The position numbers and the translations under genes are program-made. Positions 1 through 12,959 of a DNA stretch of 64,000 bases are shown here, piece by piece. Below the pieces are notes generated by a model, which did not search any database, was not told where the DNA came from, and was given only the letters and a program-made list of their open reading frames with translations. This stretch comes from Chara braunii (taxonomy: Eukaryota; Plantae; Charophyceae): NCBI GenBank assembly GCA_003427395.1, contig BFEA01000001.1:12198961-12262960 (forward strand), given 5' to 3'. Positions within the stretch are counted from its first letter, which is position 1. Each line of letters starts with the position of its first letter.

Positions 1-1246
1 CTTCTTCTTCGCCGATCATTCTTCCACCTCTTGTCTCCCCCTCCTCCGCCCCCTCTCATCATCATCATCATCTTCTTCTTCTTCTTCTTTTCTTCTTCTT
101 CTTCTTATTGTAGGACCGCCGCCACAACCCGCCACCATACCATACCACCCTGCCGCCGCCACCATCTTCTTCTTCTTCTTCTTCTTCTTGTAGGACNNNN
201 NNNNNNNNNNNNNNNNNNNNNNNNNNNNNNNNNNNNNNNNNNNNNNNNNNNNNNNNNNNNNNNNNNNNNNNNNNNNNNNNNNNNNNNNNNNNNNNNNNNN
301 NNNNNNNNNNNNNNNNNNNNNNCACCCAGACAACCCATCCCCCCCCCAGACCAGAATTTTATTGCAGATTCGGGGTCCTCTCGCCGAGCACAGGAGGACC
401 CCGCACCTTCAAAAAAAAAATATAAAAAAATTCTGGGCTGTTTTTTTGCCCGCCCGGTTTGCCCGGACGGCCCACCCGGCCCCTAGCCCGGCAGGGCAGC
501 GTCCGTACTCAGTTTTCATCATAATTCTGTACTGTGAGTACGTAACAACTGGTCAAAAGAGCTCAACCACAGCACAATTAGTGAAAAAAAAATCTTTGTG
601 GCCCAACTACAAGGGGACTGGCACTACCCCGTATGGACATAAGAGACCGAACGGAAAATAGCCACTACATCCAATGTGGGACACGCACTATTGCAATCAG
701 ACTCGTTCTCACCGTTTCACTATCAGCACCTGATGCTACGCACACAGATGGTACCGGAGTCAGATTAGAACAACGAGCCATGCAAAGGGCAAGGGAAAGG
801 AGATGGCACTGGTGATGGCCTATTGCACAGGAGAAAGACAGTCACAGCACTTCAACAATATACGGCTTAAAAGAGGAATCAACAATTCAAACGAATGATA
901 CTTAACACCCCACCCCAACCCCCATCCCCGTCGTTCGGCACATGCATTGGAAAGGAATTGAAAGGATACCGAGAGACGACTAATTAGCCCATGCAAAATT
1001 AAGGCCATGAGAAATGAAGGATTGACATACTCAAATCGAGAAAGGTGTCGAATTCTAGACCTAGCCCACAAGAGAGGAATAACGGAAACAGCCACAAACC
1101 CACATTCTCGGCCTCTAGGCACTAGCTACCCTGTAAGAGACCCTCAAATCCCTCCAAAGGGGCCCAGTTGACACGTACAACAGCCTGGCACCAATAGTCA
1201 TGCATCAGACGGCGACTTGTGAGCTTCCCGTGGTTCATATGTCGGC

Positions 1247-1995
1247 AATCAGAACAGAACACTCCTTGTGCAACAATCACAGCAACATACTCCTTGAGGC
1301 AATAAGAAAACTCCTTGTGGACCAATCAGAACACACAACACTCCCTTGTGCATCAATCAGAACACCACACTCCTTTTGGCAATAAGAAAAGAACTTTGTG
1401 GATCCATCAGAACTAAACACTCCTTGCATCAATCAGAACAGAACTGTTCCACTGCATCAATCAGAACAGAACACTCCTTGTGCACCAATCAGAACAGAAC
1501 ACTCCTTGTGCACCAATCAGAACAGAACACTCCTTGTGCACCAATCAGAACANNNNNNNNNNNNNNNNNNNNNNNNNNNNNNNNNNNNNNNNNNNNNNNN
1601 NNNNNNNNNNNNNNNNNNNNNNNNNNNNNNNNNNNNNNNNNNNNNNNNNNNNNNNNNNNNNNNNNNNNNNNNNNNNNNNNNNNNNNNNNNNNNNNNNNNN
1701 NNNNNNNNNNNNNNNNNNNNNNNNNNNNNNNNNNNNNNNNNNNNNNNNNNNNNNNNNNNNNNNNNNNNNNNNNNNNNNNNNNNNNNNNNNNNNNNNNNNN
1801 NNNNNNNNNNNNNNNNNNNNNNNNNNNNNNNNNNNNNNNNNNNNNNNNNNNNNNNNNNNNNNNNNNNNNNNNNNNNNCAGAACAGAACACTCCTTGTGCA
1901 CCAATCAGAACAGAACACTCCTTGTGCACCAATCAGAACAGAACACTCCTTGTGCAGCAATGCAAAACAGTCTTTTGTGCGTCCATCAGAACAGC
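1247..1995. repeat. 28-bp minisatellite AATCAGAACAGAACACTCCTTGTGCACC
   Basis: Perfect copies on both sides of the N gap; degenerate copies at the edges. Confidence 0.95.
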
Positions 1996-2151
1996 CCCTG
2001 TGCGTGCATCCAGCAGACAGGCCTTGTATGCCTATGATCCGAGTTCGACCTTATTTGTAGACCTGCCAGACCCTCAACGGATTTCCATTTTTCGGTATCC
2101 AATTTTTGACATGTCGCGGTGCCCATGAGGAAGTCGTTGTAGGCCTTCTGA

Positions 2152-2271
2152 AGGCATACTCACACTAGCACTTTTTTCCTTATTTCTGGACGGAATTGCG
2201 GCCAGATGCATACTAGTTCGGCCGTAAGTGCGGTCAGGTGCACTTAGCATAGTGGTAGTGTGAGTACGCCC
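2152..2271. mobile_element. Tourist/PIF-Harbinger-like MITE, 120 bp
   Basis: TIRs GGCATACTCACACTAGCAC (2153-2171) and GTGGTAGTGTGAGTACGCC (2252-2270), 17/19 match. Flanks are TGA and TAA. Confidence 0.6.
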
Positions 2272-2851
2272 TAACTCTCAAATACTGTGTTATGAAATAA
2301 CTACAGCGCAGTCAGGGTTTCAAGTTTTACATGCAGTCTAGGCAAAAGGCCCGAAAATGTTGAATGCATACAAGGCAGGATTCAGGGTCCGGTACGGTCA
2401 CGTGGGGGTGTGTTATGTTCGGGGGAACGACTGAAGTGCATTTAAAACTTGAAATCGACCTCGCCTTTGCACGTTTTCCCTTTCCCCAGTACAGTGTAAC
2501 TCAGATATCGACTTTCACCCAAGAGCCTAGCTCAGCGGGTACACCATTCAACTATTAAATCGCAGACCGGTGTTAGAATCCAGATGATGAAACTTGATGA
2601 GTAGAACCAAATATTTCTGAATTGCCTGGGGCTGGTCAATTCAATGATCATCTCTCAAGACCGTCGCCCTTATGAAAAAAAGAAACAAAAAGATATCGAC
2701 TTTCACAGTAGCTCAGGTTGATTCAATTTGTTCTAATCCTTCTCAATCTTTCCGGGTCCTCTATGAGGCCCCGTCAAATGCTCCCAGATTTGGCCACCCC
2801 ACCCCTATTTTCCAACTAGTAATGAATGTGTGACCATTTCAACAAAAAAAA

Positions 2852-3060
2852 ACCTTCTCGGCCTTTTGGATAAGATCAAGTGCACTGTATCTGTTCTGAA
2901 CTTATGATCAGTTTAATATCTTATCCTTGGTCCATCGGGCCACATGATATTAAACTAATTTTTCAGGGCTATGGAGGGGTCATAGCGGTAGGCTTGCCTA
3001 CTCGACCTTTCCAGCGTTGCCTTCGTATTGCACTGCAGCGAAGCGCCGTGGCGCGCCCCA
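2852..3060 (+). pseudogene. U2: U2 snRNA retropseudogene
   Basis: CCTTCTCGGCCTTTTGGATAAGATCAAGTG...ATCAGTTTAATATC...AATTTTT (Sm)...ATTGCACT. The branch-point pairing GTAGTA is altered and there are insertions. A-tail at about 3082-3105. Confidence 0.85.
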
Positions 3061-3180
3061 CTCTCTCCCGGGGGAACTTGTAAAAAGAAAAAAAAAAAAA
3101 AAAAACTTGAATCGTGACTGCGCCGTAGTTACCTCATGGGTTATCTTACACCACACATACGTCTATAATCCACAATATAT

Positions 3181-3333
3181 CGTCAAACAGAGCGGCCAGG
3201 TAAACCGTAGGCAGAGAGGGAGAAGAGGGAGGACAACAAACGAGGGGCTGTGACAAACTGTTTCGTCCGACTTTTTTTTTTTTTTTTTTTCAGTTTCGTC
3301 GGAGTTTCACCGACTCATCAGGAGGCTGAACCC
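3181..3333 (-). mobile_element. Dispersed copy of the hammerhead element in PDK intron 2
   Basis: Same repeat unit, flanked by the 11-bp direct repeat CCACAATATAT (3170-3180, 3332-3342). Internal poly-T insertion duplicates GTTTCGTC. Confidence 0.72.
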
Positions 3334-3655
3334 ACAATATATATAATATAAATGTACATAATATTGATAATATACTAAAATGTCGCCAACCAAATATCTG
3401 GCCACAACTACGTAGTACACGGGATCACACTACCGGTTCTCTCCGAACCGGGCGTGCAAACTACCTCTCCTTCACCCAGAGTAGATGGCCAGCAGCTGGA
3501 ATACCTCGTATGTGCCATTACGCTCACTAGGCAGGAACAGCACCCATCGGCAATAGCTGTAGTGATCCATAAGCAGAGATACAGTATTTGCTGAACTCGT
3601 TTTCGTTTTTTTTTCTTTTTTTTCCGTTTCTTTTTTTTTTTTTCTTTTTTTTTTT

Positions 3656-3926
3656 AATTTGAACCATTTCTCGATTTATGCGTGTCATCCTTGTATGCTA
3701 GTGATTAGCACCACAAAAAATGATGGTTTGACAACCGAGATGCCGACACAGACAATCCAGAAAAGAAGAAGAAGAGGAAGAGAAGAGGACAGAGAGAGTA
3801 CAAGACCAGTAGCGATGTCCCCGAACGCGACTTGAATTCGAAAGAATAATCATGAAGCACATATGAGCAAAGGCAAATGATAATCTTCTCTGTATCGTTC
3901 CAATTTTACCGGATGTCCCGAAGGAC
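3656..3926 (-). pseudogene. U6: U6 snRNA copy split into 5' (3926-3881) and 3' (3693-3656) halves, with A-tail
   Basis: Minus strand GTCCTTCGGGACATCCGGTAAAATTGGAACGATACAGAGAAGATTA ... CAAGGATGACACGCATAAATCGAGAAATGGTTCAAATT followed by poly(A). Confidence 0.88.
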
Positions 3927-4219
3927 TGCTGAAGTCGTTTTCTTTTTCTTTCTTTTCCTCGTTGTCTGAGGAGGAGGTAATCTTATCATTGATGTGCCCA
4001 TCAGGATTTGAGCTCATGATCTGTGTACTACGGTAGCAGCTACACGTGTCCACCACTCTGTCGCAAGCCAGGTACAATATAATTCCTGCAATTCGCTAAG
4101 AGCTTGGTGATCATTTCTTTTTTTTTTTTTCTTTTTTTTTGAACTTGGTGATCATTTCACTACAACAGAATAGTAGGGAAGAAAAAAAAAGGACGACGAA
4201 ACTCATTATTACTACATAA

Positions 4220-4637
4220 AGGCATTTTTTCGTCCATGATCCGATCTCAAGAAGAAGTGAACACGCGACTTCCCTCATGGGAGTTCCACGCTCAACCAAA
4301 CGGCTAAGCTGACTGGGGTCAAAGTTAGGCCCCGAGATTGGTACTTAACCCCACTACAGCACGGTTTCCCGCGTCCCGGTGTACCCACTCACACTCAAAG
4401 TTGAGCCCCGAGATTGGTACTTCACCCCACCCAAGCACGGTTTCCCGCGTCCCGGTGTACCCAGTCACACTCACACCTGACCCGACCACACAGCCTGTCG
4501 ACGCAGCCACCAATCAGTGTATGTCTCCTCGCTGCCGGTTACTTCGCTTATCAAGAATTGCATTTTTACGTCCATGATTCCATCTCAAGAATCGAGCACT
4601 CGACCTTCCTCATGGGCGTTGCACGCTCAACCGAACG
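4220..4637. repeat. Direct repeats of about 80 bp flanking a tandem pair of about 65 bp
   Basis: GCATTTTT.CGTCCATGAT...ACGCTCAACC at about 4222 and 4560. GCCCCGAGATTGGTACTT...CACACTCA occurs twice in 4329-4473. Confidence 0.75.
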
Positions 4638-5405
4638 TCTAAACCCGTTCTTCTTCACACCCCACAACCTTGAATGGCATCAAATGTTTTGCCGCATCGA
4701 TCACTTTTTTTGGATCTTTTTTTTCCGGATCATTTCTTTCCGATCTGTCCTCGACCGTTTCTTTTCCATTTGTTTCTTTTCCATTTGTTTCTTTTCCATT
4801 TTTTTTAACTTCTTTCCGGATCATCTTGGACTTAGCCGATCATTTCTGTCACTATACATACCCAATTCGTTCAGCCCGAAATCCCTGCGCAATTCCGCAA
4901 ACGGTTACTACAGAAATGACTGGGGAAAAAAAAAAAACTTGGACACTTGCATGGGAGAAGGGGCAGACGAGAGGGTGGTGGGAATTGAAGAAGAGAGGAC
5001 ACACAGAGCAGGAGGGATGACGAGAAACACACGGCAGGAGGGACAATTGAGAAAACAGAAGTACAACACATGATAACATAGGCGACAGACAATGGACAGG
5101 GAGCACGAGGTGAGATAACATGAACCGAAGGGGAGAGCAAACGGAAAAGGCTGCGGACGACACAGAGTTTCTGGCTTGGGAAAGGACCGACTGGGGATAT
5201 GATAAAGCACATGGTAGTCCCGACTAAAAAGGGCAGGGGGGGAAGGGAGGGGACATGGCCAGGGAGAAGAAAGCTAAAACTACAGTAGCGGGGTGCACAT
5301 ATAAAACCGTTTTGACGTAAGGGAAGGAAGGAGTAGGTTGATCGGCGGCCGAGAGGAAAGCATAGATATGGCGAGCTTATCGAGTAAGAGCAGAGTAGAG
5401 ATGGC

Positions 5406-5445
<40 letters not shown>

Positions 5446-5742
5446 AATCGGCAAAGACACGGAAGGATTCCTTCAAGACGAGATTACCACATACGGACTC
5501 CAGATTATAGCTAAGTATACCATATGACGAGCTCGTCGAAGAGGAGGGTACAGATGACGAAACCCGGGGAGAGAGAGACACAGACACAGACAGACACAGA
5601 CAAACAGACAGACAAACAGACAGACAAACAGACAGAAACAGACAGACAGAGACACAGAGACACACAGACACAGAGACAGAGGGAGAGGGAATAATTGGCA
5701 GGGTGAAAGGGAGGGATTCATTGAAAAAGACAAGATTCTCAC

Positions 5743-6007
5743 CAATCAGCATACGAATTCCAATTCTGGATAAATAGAATCGATCCAAGAACTGATGAAG
5801 TTCCGGCAGGTAGTTAAGCCCTTTCTTCTTGCTCAGTTCCAGATCTTGCTTCATGTCCCATATTCCCATCGCCATCTCCGGCATCACATTGGTATGCCGT
5901 AATTTGATCACTCGTATTAACTCCGTGAACCGTATTTCATCGCTTGTGTCAGTTGGCTCAGGGAAGCTTCGCAGATCCTGGAACGAATCGACATACCAAT
6001 CTCGGAC
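5743..6007 (-). CDS. PDK: Pyruvate dehydrogenase kinase, exon 2 (later exons not found in window)
   Basis: VRDWYVDSFQDLRSF...IKLRHTNVMPEMAMG...ELHQFLDRFYLSRIGIRMLIG (PDK/BCKDK N-domain). CAG acceptor at 6010-6008 and GTGAG donor at 5742. In frame with exon 1. Confidence 0.92.
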
Positions 6008-6124
6008 CTGGTCCACAATGGAAATGCACACAAGGGGGAAAAAAAAGAATCAAAGGGAAACGAAAAAGTCCGCAGCTCAATTCCCGAGCCCATTGCAAAC
6101 AGGGTCATAAAAGACGTTTAAGGA

Positions 6125-6164
<40 letters not shown>

Positions 6165-6857
6165 GGGGAACTGTTACAAGCAGCGCAATTTCCAATCTAA
6201 TGCCAGATCTGGTTTAACCAGAGAAAAATAAGGGGAGAGGGCAACTCCACATTCCCTCTTTTTCTCAATTAAAAAAAAGGAGGGGAGAGGGCACTTCCGC
6301 TTTCCCTCTGCCTCTCAACTCGGGAAGAAGACGAAATAGGGAGGGCCCGGAGGGGTACACGCAGCATGATGTCGAAGCCAGTCCCATGAACAAAATATAT
6401 TAACAAAATATGATAATAACAACAACGTATTTATCAACGAAGGCTAATTTCACGTTCCTGTTTTTGTTTTTTTTTTTAACTCGAGAGACGGGACAGAGTT
6501 ACACGCAGCGCAATTTCGAGCAAATTCCGGACATGGATTAACAAGAAAAAGATAATTTGGATTAACAAGCGGACAAAAAAAAAAAAAAAAAAGAAGAAGG
6601 AACGGTAACTCCATGTCCCCTTTTTCCTAGTCATGATAAAACCGGCAAAAAAAATTAAATGCAAAAGAAATAAATTCCGGAAAAATGGGAGAGATTCTTT
6701 CTCCACTGAGATAGGCAGACCCATCAGACACAAAATGAGAAAGCTAGCCCCCCGTCGTTGGGGTGACGTTCAAGGTCAACGAACGGATTGATAAGACAAA
6801 GGTGGATTGGCTTAAAGAGCACACGGTGACAGTGATCTTAAAAAAAAGATTAAAAAT

Positions 6858-6930
6858 ATATATCATCACAAACACAACTGCCCGGTAAACCGTAGGCAGA
6901 GAGAGAGGAGAGGACAACAAACGAGGGCTA
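6858..6930 (-). mobile_element. Truncated copy of the hammerhead element (no ribozyme core) in PDK intron 1
   Basis: ATATATCATCACAAA...TGCCCGGTAAACCGTAGGCAGAGAGAGAGGAGAGGACAACAAACGAGGGC matches 35453-35520. Confidence 0.7.
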
Positions 6931-7070
6931 ATATTTCATTTAAAAAAAAAAAAAGAAAAAAAAAGCCAGCGGCCAACCTGGGATATGAGTGCAGCTGCAG
7001 AATGAGGGTGGCTAGATAGACAAAGAGATCCAAGGAGTCAGCGAAGAAAGGAAGAAGGGTCATTCATAGT

Positions 7071-7368
7071 ATAGGAAAACATATTTTCGGTCCTTTTGTA
7101 TCTGACAGGGAGTGGAGTGAGAGACAGCAGTAGTCAAACCAGGCCCGGGGAAAGACGGGAGAAGAGACAGTAGCAGAGGAAAAGGGCGGCGGGGAGAAGG
7201 CAAGGACGCGTCAAACTGAATAGGAAAACATATTGTCGGTCCTTTTGTATCTGACAGGGAAGCGAGTGAGAGACAGCAGTAGTCAAACCAGGCCCGGGGA
7301 AAGACGGGAGAAGAGTCAGTAGCAGAGGAAAAGGGGGGCGGGAAGAAGGCAAGGACGCGTCAAACTGA
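7071..7368. repeat. Tandem duplication of about 149 bp in PDK intron 1
   Basis: ATAGGAAAACATATT...GGACGCGTCAAACTGA occurs twice. Confidence 0.9.
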
Positions 7369-7487
7369 GGCGGAGGAAGTGTCGATCGAAACATCTTGAA
7401 GGGGGGAGAAAGGAGAAGAGTAGTTGGGAAGTTAAAGATGGATTTGAAGGAGCGAACTGAACTAGCAATGACGTAAGTACTACCCAC

Positions 7488-7755
7488 CTTAAGGACAGGG
7501 GCCTTCAAGGAGAGTCCATAGGGAAGATTCTCGAGCTCCACGACGCGATGAGCCAGACGAATGGGCAATTCCTTGTGCAAAAACTGGGCAGAAATCAACA
7601 AGTTGCGTTCTGTCGGATAGCTACCAAAATCCATCATATTCTTCAAGCTCACTCCTGTCTGCTTCTTCAGCGAACACTTATGAAGATCCTCCACTATCGA
7701 CCGAGGCACGCTCTCCGCGAGCCTCTTGACCGCAGTGCGCGCTGTTACCGACACC

Positions 7756-7757
<2 letters not shown>
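7488..7757 (-). CDS. PDK: Pyruvate dehydrogenase (acetyl-transferring) kinase, mitochondrial, exon 1
   Basis: Translates MVSVTART...KQTGVSLKNMMDFGSYPTERNLLISAQFLHKELPIRLAHRVVELENLPYGLSLKAPVLK (90 aa), the plant PDK N-terminus. GT donor follows at 7487-7486. Confidence 0.93.
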
Positions 7758-7840
<83 letters not shown>

Positions 7841-9167
7841 CCACACGCACAGAGACGCACTTTTTACACTCGAGAAACCCTCCACAATTCCAGGGCAATA
7901 ACCTTACTCCCTGCAGGACTGACCTCGCGCTGTTGATGCTCGCCTGGCCTACTATCCCTCGCGTCTAGCCCGGCGCGCCCCTGTGTAGCTGGCCTCGATA
8001 TCCCCTCTCCCCTCTTCCCTCTCACAATCTGGTTCTGCCCGTTCGAATCGATCGAGAGTCATCGGCAATTCCTTCGACGATCAATGCATATACGTAAACA
8101 CGAGTACGTCATCACTCCAAGTAACCGCCGATAAGTGCCCACGTGTCACGAGCCCATGCAGCCTCTAGCTCCCATGGCATCCATGCAAGGTCTGTCCGCC
8201 TTCTCTACGTTCTCGCGGGCCAGCAGCAACTTCGTCGTCCTGGGAAAGATAAAGCATCCATGCGTCTACTACCTGGCTAAGCTGGCTTCCAAACACCGCA
8301 CCATGCCCGTGTAAAATACTGATTAAGCCTACTCGTTAAATTCCCCTGCTTCTAGTCCGTGTCACCACTTCCCGCCGCACGCAATCCCAACCTCTCTCGC
8401 ATTTCATCAATCAATCTCTGCCCATAACCCGGCCTCAACGCGCAAATAAACGCAATCACTACTACACGATCTCACAATTACACCAAGTACCCTATCGTCG
8501 ACGCCATAATTAACGAAAATCGCACCCTTTCACCCTACCGTACGTCCATGCAAACGAATATATATACATATTTGTATGTATACACAAACACGGGTCCACC
8601 TCCTCCTCACAGCTCCCCAATGTAGAAATCGAAATCGCGTTGATTAGCCTGTCTACGTCTCGTCAAAGACCGTGAAATCTCTGATGTTCTCGAAATATCA
8701 AAGCCAGATTCTGTGCTTTCACGGAACGTGATCACATCCGATCGAACGGTCGACGATTACTCCCTTAGTTTTGTAAAATAGCTATGGAGCGAAGTAACGG
8801 TGAAGAAATAGTGCTGATGATGACGATGAAATTTAACCTTCGTTCCTCTGGTTGGGGTATCCTCCTCCTTTCCCCATGTGTCTGATGACACAACGCAGCC
8901 GCGCCACCATGCCAGTGCGGCGCACTGGCACGACTGGTCACCTGCTTTGATATCGTCCGACCCTTCGCCCGCTCATAACATGGCAATCAATCCAAGTACG
9001 ACTCGGTGTGCCAAAGAGAAGGACCATCCCACTACGCCTCCAGCTCCTTGCCGTTATCCCCTTGCCCACCGGAACACCGACGTGGGAAGTTCTCGGCGAC
9101 GGCGATGGCCACGAGCAGCAGCAGCTGTAGCAGCAACAAGCCCCCAGGAAGGCCATTCCCCAGAGAC

Positions 9168-9172
<5 letters not shown>

Positions 9173-9257
<85 letters not shown>

Positions 9258-9486
9258 NNNNNNNNNNNNNNNNNNNNNNNNNNNNNNNNNNNNNNNNNNN
9301 NNNNNNNNNNNNNNNNNNNNNNNNNNNNNNNNNNNNNNNNNNNNNNNNNNNNNNNNNNNNNNNNNNNNNNNNNNNNNNNNNNNNNNNNNNNNNNNNNNNN
9401 NNNNNNNNNNNNNNNNNNNNNNNNNNNNNNNNNNNNNNNNNNNNNNNNNNNNNNNNNNNNNNNNNNNNNNNNNNNNNNNNNNNNNN

Positions 9487-9581
<95 letters not shown>
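9173..9581. repeat. (CT)n/(GT)n microsatellite with gap; others at 7761-7815, 16121-16163, 55486-55543, 56243-56329, 62044-62200
   Basis: Direct inspection. Confidence 0.95.
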
Positions 9582-9583
<2 letters not shown>

Positions 9584-11716
9584 AATAACACACCCACACG
9601 GGGCAAAGAGACAAAAGGGAGAGAACGAGAGGCGGTCGACCCCCCAGTCAGTTTGGCGTGACCGAGAACATCGATTGCAATCCAGACAAGAATTCTGCTA
9701 TTTTCTCTCTCCCTTGTCTCCCGTCGTGAATATCCGACCCCGCTCCCCCTCGAGTTCTCCCCTCTCCTGAATTTCTGACTTCGCTCCCGGCGAGCTTGCT
9801 AGCTAACTGATCCAAGAGAGGGCTTGCCTTAACGTTCCATCTCCCAACCGTTTGGCCATGGACGCCTCGCCGCGTCACAGCAAAACCAGGGTGAATGGCT
9901 ACTGCGGCCGGCCTGTGTTCTCTCGATCGGGCACATACATCTTGGTCAGTTCCCTCCTGGTCTCTGCGTCGTAATTTCTGAGGCTACCCGCGTGGTGTCC
10001 AAACCTCATGAGCAAGCCGGACAAACCAACAAGCTATGGCAACCAACTCAACAACACAGTCGAATGCTTCCCCAGTCGGTTTCACTAGCCAAATGTTTTT
10101 CGACTGACTGATGATAAGCTTGTCAAGATGATTATGATTAGCTTAACAACAAGAAGAAACGGCGAGTCGGCTGATCGGTGTGACAAGACTAAACAAAACG
10201 TGCATTCAAACCAGGTTCAGAAGACGAGAAGACGTTCAGACCAAGGAGGTTCGGTACGTTTGCCAGGTTCGGCAACCCCGGAAAGCCGCTTCGAAAGCTC
10301 CCCCTCGTTCCCGAACACAACGCACCCTCGTTTTGAGGGTATCAGGCCGGAAACATATCTCGTATACGTTCATTTTGAGGGTGCGATATGTTTGGTTTGG
10401 GGGAAGACGGGCAGCCAGAGACGGCCTCTGCGTAAAGATGGTGAGGCCGTGAGAAATTACCGCCTCGGAAGTATGGATGAAACGACCCTAGCAAAGAGGT
10501 TCGGCAGGCCCGTCGGGGCTCGGCAACCCCGGGGGCTCGGCAACCCCGGGGGCTAGGACCCACTTGCACGAATTAAAAGATACTGACCGTAGATAGCAAA
10601 GATCAACGGCCGAGATCTCCCTATTTGCGCAAGTGGGAACGATCATAGGAAGAGGGCATCGCGTTACTACTCGCGAAACGTGCAAAAGGAGAACGAACTT
10701 CCCGCTAGAACACAACCAGATGCACCCGCCACATTTTTGGCTTTTTCATTTCACATTTCGAGTTCGAGAGTGGTGTGGCCAGGCCCACAGTCCGAACTTG
10801 GCATGGCGGGAAGGAAAAACGATTTACGGTCAAAAAATCACAAAAAGAGTCGGCAACGACGCAGCGGGCCGGGGTCTCGCCGTTGTCACGAGGCCGTCGA
10901 AGCGGAAAGGAAGCGGAACAGCCACAAGCGCGGAAGCTCGAGCAATTCCGTGGCTCACGTTTGTAGCCCCGAGTGGCGAGTCCGATTCCATCCCCGCGCT
11001 TTTCCTCTTCTGTCCAACTCGGTCCCGCCTCGGTGCGTCCTTCCCGAAACGGGAAGCCGAATCTGGGCGCATGTGCGTCAGCGCCCGCGTACCGAACCTA
11101 AAGGTCCCCGCGCGAGCGCTCCCCGGTCTTTTTTTTTTTTTTTTTTTTTGGGAAAACTCCCCGCTCTTTTGTTGTCGTTGTCGGGCCTCTCTCGTAGGTT
11201 CGCCGCCCCTCCCCAACGATGTGCCTGCCTGCATTGCCCACCTGCATTGCCCGCCTGAATTGCCTGCCTGTCTAAGTCACTGGTCTGCTTGTTCGGTGCA
11301 GATCTTTGACGTGACGTGACGAACCTGTGATCGTTATCCAGTCGCATTACGTTGCGAGAGAGAGGGGAAATCGAGCAGACCGCGGCATACGCGTCATCTG
11401 CAGCTTGACACGCAAGCGGCCCGTGCTTCAAGCAAGCGACCCACGCTTCGCGCAAAATGGAACCTCACATATCGATCGAGATACGGCCCGTGATGCCACG
11501 CTTTTCTCCCCAGCATGGCCCGCCAAGCTGGGGAGACCGTGAAGTCTATCCGGTCTACGAATGCCACAAAACAGCTTGGACTTGGATGATCACAAATCCA
11601 GGTGGATGAGCTGTACCGGAAAGTGACATGCACACGCGGTAATTGCACTTCGATTCGGGCCTGGGCCGGTAGCAAAAGCGGCAGGCCACGAGCCTTGGAA
11701 AGTAGCTTTGATCCAG

Positions 11717-11788
11717 CGGCCTAGCTCAGTTGGTAAGGCACGCAAGTGGCGTTCAGGAGGTCTTGGGTTCAATCCCCATTGGCCTCAT
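11717..11788 (+). mobile_element. tRNA-derived head (SINE-like or tRNA pseudogene)
   Basis: A box TAGCTCAGTTGG, B box GGTTCAATCC, GGCC/GGCC acceptor stem; anticodon arm does not fold. Confidence 0.6.
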
Positions 11789-12959
11789 GTACCTTCCTGG
11801 GCAAGCTTGGCGCCCGCCACCTAGAGATAGGCCGTTGGTCGTCTCGAGCAGCATTGAGCAGAGAGTGCTCATGTTCTTAGGGGGAGGGGAACAAAGGGGA
11901 GGCACAAAGACTGGCCCATCAAAGAAGCTCGCTCCAGAGGCTACAGGCTGACCCCTGGCCGGTATCGCCCACCTGTTGAAGCCGGTATCGCACCTGTTGG
12001 TGGGTGCAGCTCCCGCATGTTCCCTGGTTGAACACGGTTGTGGCACACGTGGCTGCTATGGGGTTCCCTGCCCAGATTTGACAGGAACCCAACTTCTCTA
12101 TTTTACCAACCCTTAGGGTCTCGGCCAGGTAGTTTTCTGGCTATTCCAAATAACCGCTGTGATCCTCTGGCTATTCGAGATAACCACTCCTCCGCGGTAA
12201 CCCACAAAGAAGTCGTAATCATGCGGTTTTCACCTGGACAGTGGGGCTCTCCCCTTATCCTGAAGTATGCACCCAATAAAGTACTGAAGTATGCACCCTA
12301 TAAAGTACATATGCTCTCTATTGAAAAATCACATTTGCCACTCACATACCTGAGATGCCCACCCTTGCGAGGTCACTGCCTCTGATGAGGTTCGTGGAGA
12401 GTTCTGGCGGGCGCAGCGCTACCAGGAGCGCTGCGCCCGCCCGGACTAGGACTGCCTGGCTGATGTAGGGTGCTTTCGCACGCTGGTATAGGCGGCTGGT
12501 AGAGGGGCGGTAGGACGATGCTGGAGGAATGGCGCGGTGGCAGGCGATGGCGTGAAGAAAGGTACACCTCCATAGTCGGCTCCTTGCTGCATGAAGGTTG
12601 GCGGGGAGAGGGCCGACCGGCTGCGGAAGGTGGGAAGGGTAGGTGCTATGAGGAGGGAAGGTTTTTGCTGCGAGTCAGGGATCGTGTAATCAGAAGCACA
12701 TGAGGGAGGAAGGCTGCTGCGGCGAATCATCGGGCTCCGGTTTCTTCTCCAGTTGCGATCCATGTTGCCGCCATGAGGATCTGCTCGACTTGTGTCCGCA
12801 TATTCTATCGCCCATAAGGTAAGCCTACCTAAGTAAGCTATGGTTGTGTGGATGAGGCGACGCGGTGGGCGAAACCTTTCCCTCTTCCTCAACCGTATGG
12901 TAAGCGTATAGCTAGGGTGTTTTTGAACCCCCTGTGGCGACTCGTCAACAAGTTTGGCG

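Noticed and set aside
1247-1995. 28-bp repeat as a CRISPR array
   Set aside because: Units are head-to-tail with no unique spacers, the context is eukaryotic, and there are no cas genes.
2584-2620. C/D box snoRNA (ATGATGA...CTGA)
   Set aside because: Too short, with no terminal stem or identifiable guide.
4871-5742. C-terminal part of the 386-aa ORF as PDK coding sequence
   Set aside because: Read-through into intron microsatellites after the GTGAG donor; no PDK similarity.
12382-12430. CTGATGAG as another hammerhead core
   Set aside because: No stem II followed by GAAA, and no supporting stems.
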